A DNA stretch of 63,989 bases, filler included, from Octopus bimaculoides (taxonomy: Eukaryota): the NCBI RefSeq assembly GCF_001194135.2. It is 7 parts of 6 records of this genome, joined end to end, with 100 filler letters (N's around TTAATTAATTAA, not from the genome) between each part and the next. Parts side by side here need not be neighbours in the genome. Positions count along the whole stretch, not along the records: positions 22,381 to 34,531 come from NC_068986.1; positions 34,632 to 46,351 come from NC_069005.1; 5 more parts are not named here. One strand, given 5' to 3'. Both the position numbers and the translations under genes were made by a program. Positions 29,301-41,646 of this stretch are shown in pieces (the first letter of the stretch is position 1; every line of letters begins with the position of its first letter). The notes beneath the pieces are model-generated. The model was given only the letters and a program-made list of their open reading frames with translations, did not search any database and was not told the origin of the DNA.

Positions 29301-29797
29301 NNNNNNNNNNNNNNNNNNNNNNNNNNNNNNNNNNNNNNNNNNNNNNNNNNNNNNNNNNNNNNNNNNNNNNNNNNNNNNNNNNNNNNNNNNNNNNNNNNNN
29401 NNNNNNNNNNNNNNNNNNNNNNNNNNNNNNNNNNNNNNNNNNNNNNNNNNNNNNNNNNNNNNNNNNNNNNNNNNNNNNNNNNNNNNNNNNNNNNNNNNNN
29501 NNNNNNNNNNNNNNNNNNNNNNNNNNNNNNNNNNNNNNNNNNNNNNNNNNNNNNNNNNNNNNNNNNNNNNNNNNNNNNNNNNNNNNNNNNNNNNNNNNNN
29601 NNNNNNNNNNNNNNNNNNNNNNNNNNNNNNNNNNNNNNNNNNNNNNNNNNNNNNNNNNNNNNNNNNNNNNNNNNNNNNNNNNNNNNNNNNNNNNNNNNNN
29701 NNNNNNNNTCTCTGCTTGTTGACTCACTTAACATAGTACAGATACATACATATAAACATCTGTATATATATATATATATATATATATCAGTCACTGC

Positions 29798-29955
29798 AGG
29801 CGTGGCTGTGTGGTAAGAAGCTTGCTTCCCAACCACATGGTTCCGGGTTCAGTCTTACTGCGGGGCACCTCCGGCAAGTGTCTTCTATTATAGCTTCGGC
29901 CTGACCAAATCCTTGTGAGTGGATTTGGTAGACGGAAATTGAAAGAAGCCTGTCA
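29798..29955 (+). mobile_element. SINE family B (tRNA-like head)
   Basis: GGCGTGGCTGTGTGGTAAGAAGCTTGCTTCCCAACCACATGG...GGCAAGTGTCTTC...GTGAGTGGATTTGGTAGACGGAAA. Other copies at ~6915-7058 (-), 12620-12770 (-), 14280-14375 (-), 28145-28305 (-), 35228-35400, 38518-38870. Confidence 0.85.
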
Positions 29956-31412
29956 TATATATATATATTACGGAGATGTACTTGCATAGCAAGCGACCTG
30001 ATCTGAGATCGTGTGCTGGAACGAAAACAATTGCAGCGTGGAAGGTGTTTATAAGCCATTTAAGAAACACACAAAAACCGTTAGATACACTTCAACATTT
30101 AAATTTAATTTGCCAAAATATTTTCGTCGCTTTGAGACCGCGACCTGTTCACTGACAAAATTCCGAGCTGCATCTGAGAAAGTAACAGTTAGTTCATTAT
30201 ATATATGTACGTATGTGTGTATGTATGTATGTATGTATGTATGTATATATGCATGTAAGTAAGTATGTATGTATGTGTGTGTGTGTGTGGGTGTACATGT
30301 ATACGCATGCACACATGCATACGCATGTACACAAATGCATACGCACATACATGTTCACACACATACATACACACATACATACATATATACATACATACTT
30401 ACACAAATTCTAAGGGGTGCCTCGTTCCCAGTGGCCTCTCAGGACGCCGGACACCAAACCAGAATTCCCGAGAGACCAAGCTGTTGCTAGATAGTTGGAG
30501 AACTTACACTAGGTTCATCGGTCCTTTGTGACAGGTTTTGTTTTTGTTCTGTTGGGTTTCTAGCAACCATCCTCGCCAAGGGCGCCTAGCGCGGGTGCCG
30601 CTTTAGTCGCCGACTACACGACCATGCAATACGTTGAACTGGGTTCCATGTTACCAGTAGTCCTCATTAGGGACCTCACATGTGACCTGACATAGAACCA
30701 GTACTAGTCTATATCAACGGGTACAAACGAAGTCGCAGGTGTTATGTCAGGGGTTTTCTTCTCTTACAGAAATGTCTAAACAAAGAGTAGGGTGTCTCAT
30801 ACCCTCAACTGTTGGATGATCGTTGACTCTACAGAATTCATCCACCCTTTGACGGGTTTTGCTTTCTGTCCTGTTGGGTGTCCAAAATATATATGTTTGC
30901 ATGTAAGTGTGCGTTTGTGCGTATGCAAGTATGTGTAAGGATATATCTAATGTCGATATTTCCCTCTGCCTTTCTGTTTTATCTGTCAATCCATTTAGGA
31001 AAGATATTTCACTAAACTCCACGGTTTTATATTTTTACAGAAGCTAACTGCAAACACCAAAACGTCACTTTAAAACATGGCGACACAATTCGTGATGGAT
31101 GCAACGAAGTCTGTTCCTGTCATGACGGTATGTTGGTATGTCGGAAATTATGTCACACGAATGCACCGTCAATTGTAAACGGCTGTGTGCAGATATATAT
31201 GCCAACGCATTGCTGCCCGGTATGGATATGTGAACAGGGTGAGTATATAATATAGTCATTAAAAAACTTGGTTAATTGTTAATTAGAATTTAAACACTTT
31301 ATGCATAAGCTTTCAGACGAGACTGACGACTAATCCTGACTAGATTTCACGAATGACCAGGAATAAATTGAAGATTACAGACAAACTATTGGTGTGAATT
31401 AAAGGAGTTTCA

Positions 31413-31444
<32 letters not shown>

Positions 31445-31937
31445 NNNNNNNNNNNNNNNNNNNNNNNNNNNNNNNNNNNNNNNNNNNNNNNNNNNNNNNN
31501 NNNNNNNNNNNNNNNNNNNNNNNNNNNNNNNNNNNNNNNNNNNNNNNNNNNNNNNNNNNNNNNNNNNNNNNNNNNNNNNNNNNNNNNNNNNNNNNNNNNN
31601 NNNNNNNNNNNNNNNNNNNNNNNNNNNNNNNNNNNNNNNNNNNNNNNNNNNNNNNNNNNNNNNNNNNNNNNNNNNNNNNNNNNNNNNNNNNNNNNNNNNN
31701 NNNNNNNNNNNNNNNNNNNNNNNNNNNNNNNNNNNNNNNNNNNNNNNNNNNNNNNNNNNNNNNNNNNNNNNNNNNNNNNNNNNNNNNNNNNNNNNNNNNN
31801 NNNNNNNNNNNNNNNNNNNNNNNNNNNNNNNNNNNNNNNNNNNNNNNNNNNNNNNNNNNNNNNNNNNNNNNNNNNNNNNNNNNNNNNNNNNNNNNNNNNN
31901 NNNNNNNNNNNNNNNNNNNNNNNNNNNNNNNNNNNNN

Positions 31938-31971
<34 letters not shown>

Positions 31972-32199
31972 TGTATGTATGTATGTATGTTTATATTGAT
32001 ACAAAAGACAACTGAAAAACGGTCCTGTTTTCAGCTTGATACACTGCGAAATAAATTGTAATATTGTCCAGGAAAACCTGGGTAGCTGTACTTTTAGAAA
32101 ATTTGTGGTTTTTATTATAACATGTATCCATATATAAGAGGGAAACAACAAAGTTCAAACAAGAAAGTAAAATATTTAGAAAAACAAACTAGCACAGTT

Positions 32200-33860
32200 T
32201 ATAAAAAAGATAGAAACACAGAATGAAAGATATAAACTGCATTTCAAAATGTTTCAGGGAAAATGGAGAGAAAATTTATTCCATAGACAATACACTGGAA
32301 GACTCAACAGAACTGAAGAATATCGGAATGCAAGTGAGCGATGACTCAAAAAGCTCTTGGCCAAGAGAAGTGATTTAAGCTGCAACACGACATAGGGTGA
32401 AGGGGTGACCCACTTCCGTCATGAATGGCCATAGGATTGCACCTAGAAAGTTACCCTCCTAGGCACAAGTCCGGGCAAGTTTGTTTATGGAAGACCAGCA
32501 GTCGCCCATGCATACTAGTCTCCCATCTCCACGCCGCCGATGTTTATCCAAGGGAAAGGCAAAGGGGCCGATGCAGCTTGGCACCTGTGACGTCGCAACT
32601 CATTTCTACAGCTAAGTGAACTGGAGCAACGTGAAATAAAGTGTCTTGCTCAAGAACACAACACGCAGNNNNNNNNNNGCCGATGCAGCTTGGCACCTGT
32701 GACGTCGCAACTCATTTCTACAGCTAAGTGAACTGGAGCAACGTGAAATAAAGTGTCTTGCTCAAGAACACAACACGCAGCCCGGTCCTGGAATCGAACT
32801 CACATCCTCACGGTCGTAAGCTCGACGCTCTAACCACTGAGCTATGCGCCTTCACAACACGACATAAGGCTAGCCATAAATCACTATAAAAACAACATAT
32901 TGAAACACTCGGCTAATATCAAGTCTAGACTTTGTAACCAGTACAACGAAACATCGACTACGTCCTTTTTGGTGTTGCCCAGACCGAACGTATTTACAGA
33001 CACGATCATATCGATGTGAAACCAGTTAAGAGACATAGACATTTAAAAAAAACACCATATATAATAACAACCTGGCCACAATCATTGAGGACATAACTGT
33101 CCAGACAAAGAGATCAAGTTAAAATGTTTGGATATAACTGGACATAATTATAAAATCAGGGGTTAGAATCTTTGATAGACATTTCGATCACTTTTTGATG
33201 AAAAACACCGCATAAAAGATATTCGAGAAAATATCCAAGTATGGAAGATAATTGACGTACTATACATAATGGGCGCAGATGATTAAGAAGTTTGTTTTAC
33301 AACCAAGAGGTCTGCGTTCGATTCCATTGTGTGGCATTTTTGAGCAGATGTCATTTAGCGTAACTTCGGGTCAACTCAGCTCTTATGAATATTGAGCAGA
33401 CTGTATAGAAGTCTGCCGGAGAGACTGTATCTGTAATTTAAATGAACAAACCTGCCATATTCTGACACGCAGTTCTTCTCCCGATATTTAGTTCAAGAAA
33501 CATGTTTGTGGAATTACTGTCACTTACATACAAATACAAGGAGTATTTGCGTCTCTACAGTAGCACGTCTGAATACAATGAGCAGGCTGTTTCGTTGACC
33601 AAATGTCTGGAAAACTTGCTGACGAAGATCTATTTACGGGTTGGATAAAACAGGATATGAACAAAACATGACAATACCAGGGCTCAGAATTCTACAGACA
33701 GTTAAAAAAATAGCCATGTTATGCACTGCCCACATCCTCTGCAAGATACTTTCAAACTCCAATAGTACAACTCACACAGTACATTGTATATGCAAACACA
33801 AACATCAACCAATAATAACACAACCCACACAGCACTTAATACACACAATCACCGCCCAAT
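32200..33860 (+). mobile_element. Old R4/Dong-like remnant interrupted by SINEs
   Basis: Degenerate KW.E.LFHRQY motif upstream of the SINE; IPGLRILQTVKKIAMLCTAHILCKILSN C-terminus at ~33670-33760. Confidence 0.55.
32395..32854 (-). mobile_element. tRNA-derived CORE-type SINE with 12-bp target-site duplication
   Basis: Minus-strand head GGCGCATAGCTCAGTGGTTAGAGCG...GTTCGATTCC (A and B boxes) and CTTGAGCAAGACACTTTA CORE-like segment. TSD CAACACGACATA at 32383-32394 and 32855-32866. Confidence 0.88.
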
Positions 33861-34151
33861 AAAATAACACACGTTGTTTCATTATCGACACCCGATACTA
33901 TAACATGTTCTATCAAAAAGGAAACAGCTGAAATATCTAAATAATACCAGAAACAAGAAAATATATCTGACGATAGAGCAAAATTGATATAGCATACAAA
34001 AACAATACAACACCCTCAAATAGCGCTTAATGATGAACTCAGCTCAGGAACATGAAAGTAAAAACGGGCATGTAATAAAAACTAGCATAAATCGGTTGAA
34101 AATATGATGATGATAATACTAATACTAATACTAATACTAATAATAATAATA

Positions 34152-34220
<69 letters not shown>

Positions 34221-34223
<3 letters not shown>

Positions 34224-34474
34224 TAGTTTTATTTTTATAACGTGCTTTCACTTCACTACCGAGCGCAGCTCTGTGCGCCTTGGGTATGTGCTGTGGTTTG
34301 CTGTGGTGCTCTTATGTTTACTGTATTGAAAGTGTTTTGCGTAGAATGTGTGCAGTACCCAGTAGTGCAATTTTCTGTATGTTATATATATTTGTAAGTC
34401 CTGCTATTTTTGTTATGTATTTGTCTGAAAATTTTTTTATGATACCTAAGGCACCTACTATGATAGGAATTGTT
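34221..34474 (-). mobile_element. Extreme 3' fragment of an R4/Dong-like element flanked by (TAA)n on both sides
   Basis: Intact frame TIPIIVGALGIIKKFSDKYITKIAGLTNIYNIQKIALLGTAHILRKTLSIQ* (stop at 34318-34320) plus ~100-bp UTR; homologous to the C-terminus of the 46637 element. Confidence 0.85.
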
Positions 34475-34498
34475 TTATTATTATTATTATTATTATTA

Positions 34499-34531
<33 letters not shown>

Positions 34532-35937
34532 NNNNNNNNNNNNNNNNNNNNNNNNNNNNNNNNNNNNNNNNNNNNTTAATTAATTAANNNNNNNNNNNNN
34601 NNNNNNNNNNNNNNNNNNNNNNNNNNNNNNNGGTGTTTGCAGCTGCAATACCAACAGAGATATCTGAGCAATACTCTAACCTGGAACTCTGCCACTGTCG
34701 GTCCCAAGCCTGGTTGAGGAGGAAGGAGTGTGGTCTGCATAGGATTAACAGCCCTGCGCCATCAATTTTCATCATTGCTATTGAAATGCCAACAAGAGAA
34801 CATATAAGAGGGTCCTACTAAGGGAAGGTGGCCCTCAGACATTGTACTTGAAGCAAAGTAGAGAAAGCCAAAAGGAAGAAATTGAAGCACTGGCACTGAG
34901 CCGGCAGAATTGTTAGCATGTTGGGCAAAATGCTTAGCGATATTTCGTCCATCTTTACATTCTGAGTTCAAATTCCACCAATGTCAACTTTGCCTGTCGT
35001 CCTTTTGGGGTCGAGAAAGCAAGTACCAGTTGAGTATTGGGGTCAATGTAATCAATTTACCCAATCCCCTAAAATTGCTGACATTGTGCCAAAGTTTGAA
35101 ACCAAAATTTGAAACCATGAGAGGTCAACAGAGATTGTGGGACCCAGCATTTGTAGACACTGAAAGTAAAGATTTAGTTGTATATTGTTGAGTGTTACAA
35201 ATGTTTTCCTTTGGGTGTAGCATAGGAGCAGGTAATGGATGTGTGGTAAGAAGTTTGCTTCCCAAACATATGGTTTTGGGTTCAGACCTACTACAAGGTA
35301 TCTCAGGCAAGTGTCTTCTTCTACAACCCTGGGTTAACCAAAGCCTTGTAGTGTGGATTTGGTATCTAGTAAACAGAAACTCAAAGAAGCACATCGTGTG
35401 TGTGCGCGTGCATGCATGCATGTGTGTGTTGGTGTTTCCTTGTCTTGTCATTGCAGGATAGTTGTAAATGATTGTCATCTATTCCTAATATTCTGTGAAA
35501 ACATGTCAAGCCATGGGGATGTATTACTTTGCTTGGAAACAAATAAAGGTTGGCAACAGGAAAGGTAATTGGCCAAAGAAAATCTGCCTCAATAAACTCC
35601 ATCTGATCCAAGCAAGCATGAAAGAGTGGACATTTAAAATGCTGCTGCTACTGCTGATGATGATGATGATGATATATACAAATAAGCACAACATAACCAA
35701 CAAATTCTGTAATACAGAATTTTTGTGTTTTTGATCATGAGATTGGCTTGGAAGTAAGGGTGGTGCCTTTGACCTTTGCAGGACTTTGATACTGAAATCT
35801 GGATAGGAAAGAGAAAAAAAAAAAATCAAGGTATGTACAATAATGTATTGGTAGACTTATCCAACTCATTCCAGCAGAGATGGATGAACAGAGATTAAAA
35901 TGATATTGACAATGGAAACAATGGTGTTGTTACTCAC

Positions 35938-36070
35938 AATAAAATTTTCTGGATGATTGGGACACATCCATCGGCCTGTTGGAAGTGTAGTTAGTGGAGG
36001 ATCCAGGCAATCCATATGAAATAGAAGCGAGCAGAAATCACACTGTATAAGAGGGGCTCTCCGACAGCTC
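35938..36070 (-). CDS. PHF12: PHF12 exon (133 nt, phase 2->0), PHD2 core
   Basis: Acceptor ttttttttctccag| and donor |GTGAGT. Translates (K)[44 protein letters not shown]; human has [39 protein letters not shown], including the terminal His ligand. Confidence 0.96.
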
Positions 36071-37600
36071 CTGGAGAAAAAAAAAACCAAAGCTCTGGAA
36101 TTAAACTCATAAATAAACAAAGAAAAGAGATTGCTAATATCTGTTCTTTTGTTTTTATTATTATTATTTTTTTTTTTTTGCTTTTGAAACTTCATAACTT
36201 TCACCTCCACTTTTACTTCTACATAAATCTAATAACAGTTTATACAGGCACAACTGAAGAACTACCAAATATAAGTGTGAAAAATAAGGGCATGTGTGAA
36301 TTCAAAAACCCAATTCTTTTAACAGATACATCACACATATTGAGAAGAAAATGGTCAATGTGAAAACAATTACCACCCAGTTGTCTTAGTTTTTCTTTTT
36401 TTCTTCCACATAACTTCATTTCACTTTGAAAATGAACAATTTGATTGTGTTAATGGCCTATCAATGTATACAGTGAGTTTCTTTGCCCTAAGAGTCAGGA
36501 AGACACTCAGCAAGAAATGGAAAGAAAATTGAAAGAAAACTTATAATTATAATAATGATAATAAATATGAAATTGCAAGAATTTGGAATATGTAAACTGT
36601 AAAGTTTGTGTTTGTAGTAATTGGTGCATTAGGGACTGTGAGTAATGATATAGGCAAAGGGTTGAAGGAGAAGACCAATCCTGAGTCAAATCAAATAATA
36701 ATCCTTTCTTCTATAGGCACATGGCCTGAAATTTTGTGGGAGGGGGCTAGTCGATTATATTGACCCCCAGTGCTTGACTACTACTTAATTTATTGACCCC
36801 GAAAGGATGAAAGGCTAAGTCGACCTCGGTGAAATTTGAACTCAGAGCATAGAGATAGACAAAATGCTTAGCAGCACACTGTCCAGTGTGCTAACAATTC
36901 TACTAGATCACCACCTTAATAATAACAATGGATTCTCCAGTTGAAGGTGATGTGTGAGTCTTCAGTTTTTGCTGAACAATCTGTGCAGCTGATTTCTTTA
37001 TAGTGATCAAATGTATGTATGGTACATTGGCTCATTCCTTCCATCAAATTGACGTTGCCTGTAGAAATGCATAAGTGTGCTACATGTCAAATGTCAAAAT
37101 GATCACAGTCCAACATGAAATGGAGTGTTTTGCTCAAGAACACAATGTGCAGCCTAGTGATTATGAGTGCAGCACCCTAACCACTAGGCCACAAATCTTG
37201 GCATCTAAGGTTACTTGCTGTAGCCTGATGATAGAAATTTTTCTTTTCTAACAGTTTAATCTGTTGTGCATATCTGAAATAATAATCATTTCAAATTCTG
37301 GCCCAGGACAAGCAAATTTTGGAGGGCAGGATGTTAGCCAATTACACTGACCCTAGTAACAATAACTAACATTAAATTATTAATTATAATTGCTTATAAA
37401 ATATAATAGATTTTCGATATATCCTCCTATGGTGCTGTTGGACACATCTTCAGCAATGTTTCCTGGAGGTCATTAGGTATTTCAGGCCTTTCAACACCAG
37501 ACACCCTCACCTAGGCGACCCAGCCAAGCTTATATCTAGTTAACACTATCCTTGGTATCACTGGCCCTTCCCAGTCTAGCACTGCTTCATCTACAGCCAT

Positions 37601-37890
37601 TTCAACCCTTTGTCATTCAAACTGGCCACATCCAACCCAAATATTTTACCTATTTTATGTTCAAACAGACTAGATCAGGCCCCTCACACCCACCCTACAA
37701 TATCATTCTAAAAATATACAATCACATCATCAAAATCTCAAAGCTACGAGATAATGCATGATTAATTCAAAACAAATGTGAATAAATAAGCATCACATTT
37801 GACAGAGTAATCTGAATGCTAAAAGGTTAATTCAAAACAATGTGAATAAATATTACATTTGGCAGAGTAATCCGAATGTTAAAGGGCTGA
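37601..37890. mobile_element. piggyBac-type MITE with duplicated terminus
   Basis: TTCAACCCTTTG...AATGCTAAAAGGTTAA (decayed TTAA-CCC...GGG-TTAA ends); the last ~60 bp are repeated at 37831-37890. A truncated sibling lies at 40380-40530. Confidence 0.6.
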
Positions 37891-38166
37891 GGCAACCTAT
37901 ACTGCCTGTGTTGGCAAGCAGCCAGTTGTAAGCTCTGCAGAGTGAGTGGATTGCAAACCTTCTGCAACCCACCCTGATGAGATCACACCTTGCTTATCAC
38001 CCACTGCCTTAGTATAAATCCACTAATCCTGCATATTTCCTACTCTTACTTGCAATAGCTTCACTGATGCGGAACAGAGAGTTCCAACAGAACTAATTAT
38101 AATTGCTAATAAATTATTCTAGAACAGCTGCTAATAAATCAATGAAATGAAAACTGGTATACTAAC

Positions 38167-38281
38167 TTATTACACATAAAACACAGTTTTGCAGGTAAGG
38201 GGACAAGACCGTTATCTAATTCGTGTGGTAACTTCTTCGGTGGATTCCGGTTGTCTTTCAACCATTTACGTTTACTGGTTC
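38167..38281 (-). CDS. PHF12: PHF12 exon (115 nt, phase 1->2), start of PHD2
   Basis: Acceptor ttctgtttttgtag| and donor |GTTAGT. Translates (G)TSKRKWLKDNRNPPKKLPHELDNGLVPLPAKLCFMCN(K); human has [20 protein letters not shown]. Missed by the ORF track. Confidence 0.95.
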
Positions 38282-40945
38282 CTACAAAAACAGAAACAAG
38301 ACTTAAAAGAAGACATTCTGTACTATTTTCATGTAAGATTATGAAGATGGAACATTGAAAAAAAGCTGTAAAGAATTAAATTTGGAACTCACTTCCAGTT
38401 ATCTAATTTTCCCATGTGGTCTAGTGACTAGGTTCAATTTCTGGCACGGGAATGTTTATTACCATGCAAGCATGGAATAGTGTGCATAAAATAATGATGA
38501 TTATGATGATGAGACACAGGTGTGACTGTGTGGTTAAGAAGTTTGCTTCCCAACTACATGGTTTCGAGTTCATTCCCACTATATGAGGGGATGCTGAAAA
38601 GTGTATTGTGGCTTCAAGGGTATTGGGAAAGGCCTGGTTGGAAGCCCAACCTTCTGAGTTCTTTTACAGGGCTTAGAAAAAAAACTGAAGGACCACTGCA
38701 GTGTGTGAGTCTGGGAGGGGAATATGTTGAATGAAATCATAATTAACTGATCCTCCTGTATTTTCTTTTACCCAAAGCCAGGAACTTTTCAGCACTCCCT
38801 CATATGGCACTTGGGCATGTCTTCTACTATAGCCCCAGGCCAATTAAAGCCTGATGAGTGGATCTGGTAGGGGGAGAGAGAGAGAGAGAGAGTAGTGTGT
38901 GTGTCTTTGTCTTGACATTGCATGATGGTTGTAAATGAGTATCACTATCATACAAGCAGTGTCATTCATTTCCAGTATACTGCAGGAATATGTCAGACCA
39001 TGGGGAAATATCTTCTTAAAAGCAGGTGAGGATTGGCGGCAGGAAGAGCATCCAGCTGTTTCAAAGCAATGCCGCAGCATGTTTGCAGTTCGATAACAGA
39101 ATCCTATAAAAGGTAAAAACATGGTGAAAAGGTTCTGGAACTNNNNNNNNNNNNNNNNNNNNNNNNNNNNNNNNNNNNNNNNNNTTGCATGATGGTTGTA
39201 AATGAGTATCACTATCATACAAGCAGTGTCATTCATTTCCAGTATACTGCAGGAATATGTCAGACCATGGGGAAATATCTTCTTAAAAGCAGGTGAGGAT
39301 TGGCGGCAGGAAGAGCATCCAGCTGTTTCAAAGCAATGCCGCAGCATGTTTGCAGTTCGATAACAGAATCCTATAAAAGGTAAAAACATGGTGAAAAGGT
39401 TCTGGAACTATTATTTTCGGAGATTACAGAGGTTGTGCAACCAGAGAGGAACTTTTCTATCCACCATTTTATGTTGTTTCTTCTAATGGAGTTAAGCATT
39501 TTTCTCTTTGAGTAAACAGTGGGGAATGGGGTTGAAGATTTTGTTTGGTATTATTGAAAGCTAAACTGGTAGTGGGGAAGGTTTTCAGGTGTAGTTAAAG
39601 CATCGGTGTGAGTAATAGTGTCACGTAAAAAGCATCCAGTACATTCTGTAAAGTGGTTCGCATTGGGAAGGGCATCCAGCCATAGAAACCAAGCCAAAAC
39701 AGAATATGGGACCTGGTGTGCCCCCCCCCCCCTCCGCCTTTGTCAGCCTCAATAAACTTGGAAAAATCTACACTAAAACAACAATGATGACAAGCATTAA
39801 CACTTTTGAAAGTAATCTACCTGNNNNNNNNNNNNNNNNNNNNNNNNNNNNNNNNNNNNNNNNNNNNNNNNNNNNNNNNNNNNNNNNNNNNNNNNNNNNN
39901 NNNNNNNNNNNNNNNNNNNNNNNNNNNNNNNNNNNNNNNNNNNNNNNNNNNNNNNNNNNNNNNNNNNNNNNNNNNNNNNNNNNNNNNNNNNNNNNNNNNN
40001 NNNNNNNNNNNNNNNNNNNNNNNNNNNNNNNNNNNNNNNNNNNNNNNNNNNNNNNNNNNNNNNNNNNNNNNNNNNNNNNNNCAGAAATATATCAAACAAG
40101 TTTTAAAAAAACAATTAACTAGAAATAAATATCCAGTTAGAGGAAAAAACAAAATTAATCAAAAAGTAATATTTTCATTTTTCCAGGAAGTACAGTAGAT
40201 GACTACAAACATGTTTTAGCCTTATTCTGATCTCAACAGTGAAGCATAATCTTCACCATGATTTGGAAAAACAGTGATGAAAGAATCACAAGTTAAATGC
40301 TTATGTAGGAAAACTAGAGATTAAATAACTCAGAGACCATATGCATGAAAAACAACAGTTAAAGTCAGTGTTGATATATTTAACCATTCAGCATTTAAAC
40401 CAGCCATGTTTTCCAAATATTCTACCATTTTTATGTTCAAACCAGTCAGATCCAGCCTCTCACACTTACCCTACAATGTCTAAAATCAAAGAATCATATC
40501 ATTAAAATCTTGCTAGCTTCAAGATAATGTGAGATAAAGCCATTTTCTACCAAAATATGATTCTATATCTTTTACCTTTCATTTTTCACTTGTTTCACTT
40601 ATTAGACTGTGGCCTTGCTGGGGCACTGGCTTTGAATTTTTTTTTGAATGAATTGAGGTCAAATGACCAATCATTAATTAAAGATTAACGTGTGGAGCCT
40701 ATAAAAGGCTAGTCAACTACAAAATGCCACAACAGAAATGGGTTTCGCTAATAAGTAAATATCTAGTTAGATTTAAAGGTGTTTAACTTCTCAAGTCTAT
40801 TTGAAATATGACAAAATCAATAGTATATAATTTTCTTTATGATTTTATTGATTTTACGATAACTGAAGTTGCTGTATTGATCCCATGTTCACTCCAAGCA
40901 AAGAAAATAATTATCATGTTACCCTTTATGGATTTCACTTACAAA

Positions 40946-41225
40946 GCACCTAGTCCACACTGTGAAGTGGTTGGCATTTGGAAGGGCATCCAACTGTAAA
41001 AATCAGGCCAAAACTGACCTCGCCTACATATGTGCTTTGTAAAAAGCACTCAGCCCACTCTGTGGAGTGGTTGGTGTTAGGAAGGGCATCCAGCTGTGAA
41101 GACCATGCCAAAACAGACACAGAAGCATGGCACAAGCTCCTGCCTGACCAGTCCCTGTCAAACTGTCCAACCCATGCCAGCATGGAAGGGGGACGTTAAA
41201 CAATGGTGATGATGATGATGACGAC
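40946..41225 (+). mobile_element. RTE 3'-tail repeat family (short 5'-truncated copies)
   Basis: Same GGTTGG..TTAGGAAGGGCATCCAGC...CCATGCCAGCATGGAA...(GAT)n unit. Other copies at ~11300-11428, 39620-39730, 42130-42540, 42790-42900 (-), 44630-44800, 45315-45400 (-). Confidence 0.8.
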
Positions 41226-41459
41226 TGAATCAACTCCAGTACTTTTTCTCTTTTTTAAAGCCTAGTACTTATTCTATCAGCCTCTTTTGCTGAACTGCTA
41301 AGTTATGGGGACATAACACACCAGTCCCAAGTCAAACCGTCTAACCCATGCGAGCATGGGTTGCAATGATGAAAATGATGATGATGATGGTCAATAAATA
41401 CTGCTGACAAAATTAGAAGTCTACACATAAATAAAAATTAATTAGCTGGTTTAGTTTAC

Positions 41460-41646
41460 CTGGAAGAGGTTCTGTACAAACTATCTCCTTTGGAAGCTCA
41501 AACTGAGTTGGGTTGGTGTAGCGAGCAGCCTTAGCAAGCACAAGCAAAGGATGTAACTGGTCTGTGTCCTCATTCATGTCTTCTTCCTCCTCTTCTTCAA
41601 CTTCCATCTCGGTGACTCCATCTTTTACAGAACGTTTCGCTTCAGA
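41460..41646 (-). CDS. PHF12: PHF12 exon (187 nt, phase 0->1), acidic linker plus conserved NPTQF motif
   Basis: Acceptor ttttgcacttccag| and donor |GTAAAC. Translates SEAKRSVKDGVTEMEVEEEEEEDMNEDTDQLHPLLVLAKAARYTNPTQFELPKEIVCTEPLP(G); human has [24 protein letters not shown]. Confidence 0.93.

Noticed and set aside
32567-32780. 102-bp exact tandem duplication within the SINE
   Set aside because: Straddles a 10-N gap; assembly overlap artefact.
35700-35812. Strong minus-strand acceptor (ttttctctttcctatccag) just after the last PHF12 exon
   Set aside because: The phase-0 translation (ISVSKSCKGQRHHPYFQ...) does not resemble the expected next PHF12 exon and I see no convincing donor; unsupported without RNA data.
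38918-39409. 225-bp exact tandem duplication (38918-39142 / 39185-39409)
   Set aside because: Identical copies either side of a short N gap; typical unmerged contig overlap.
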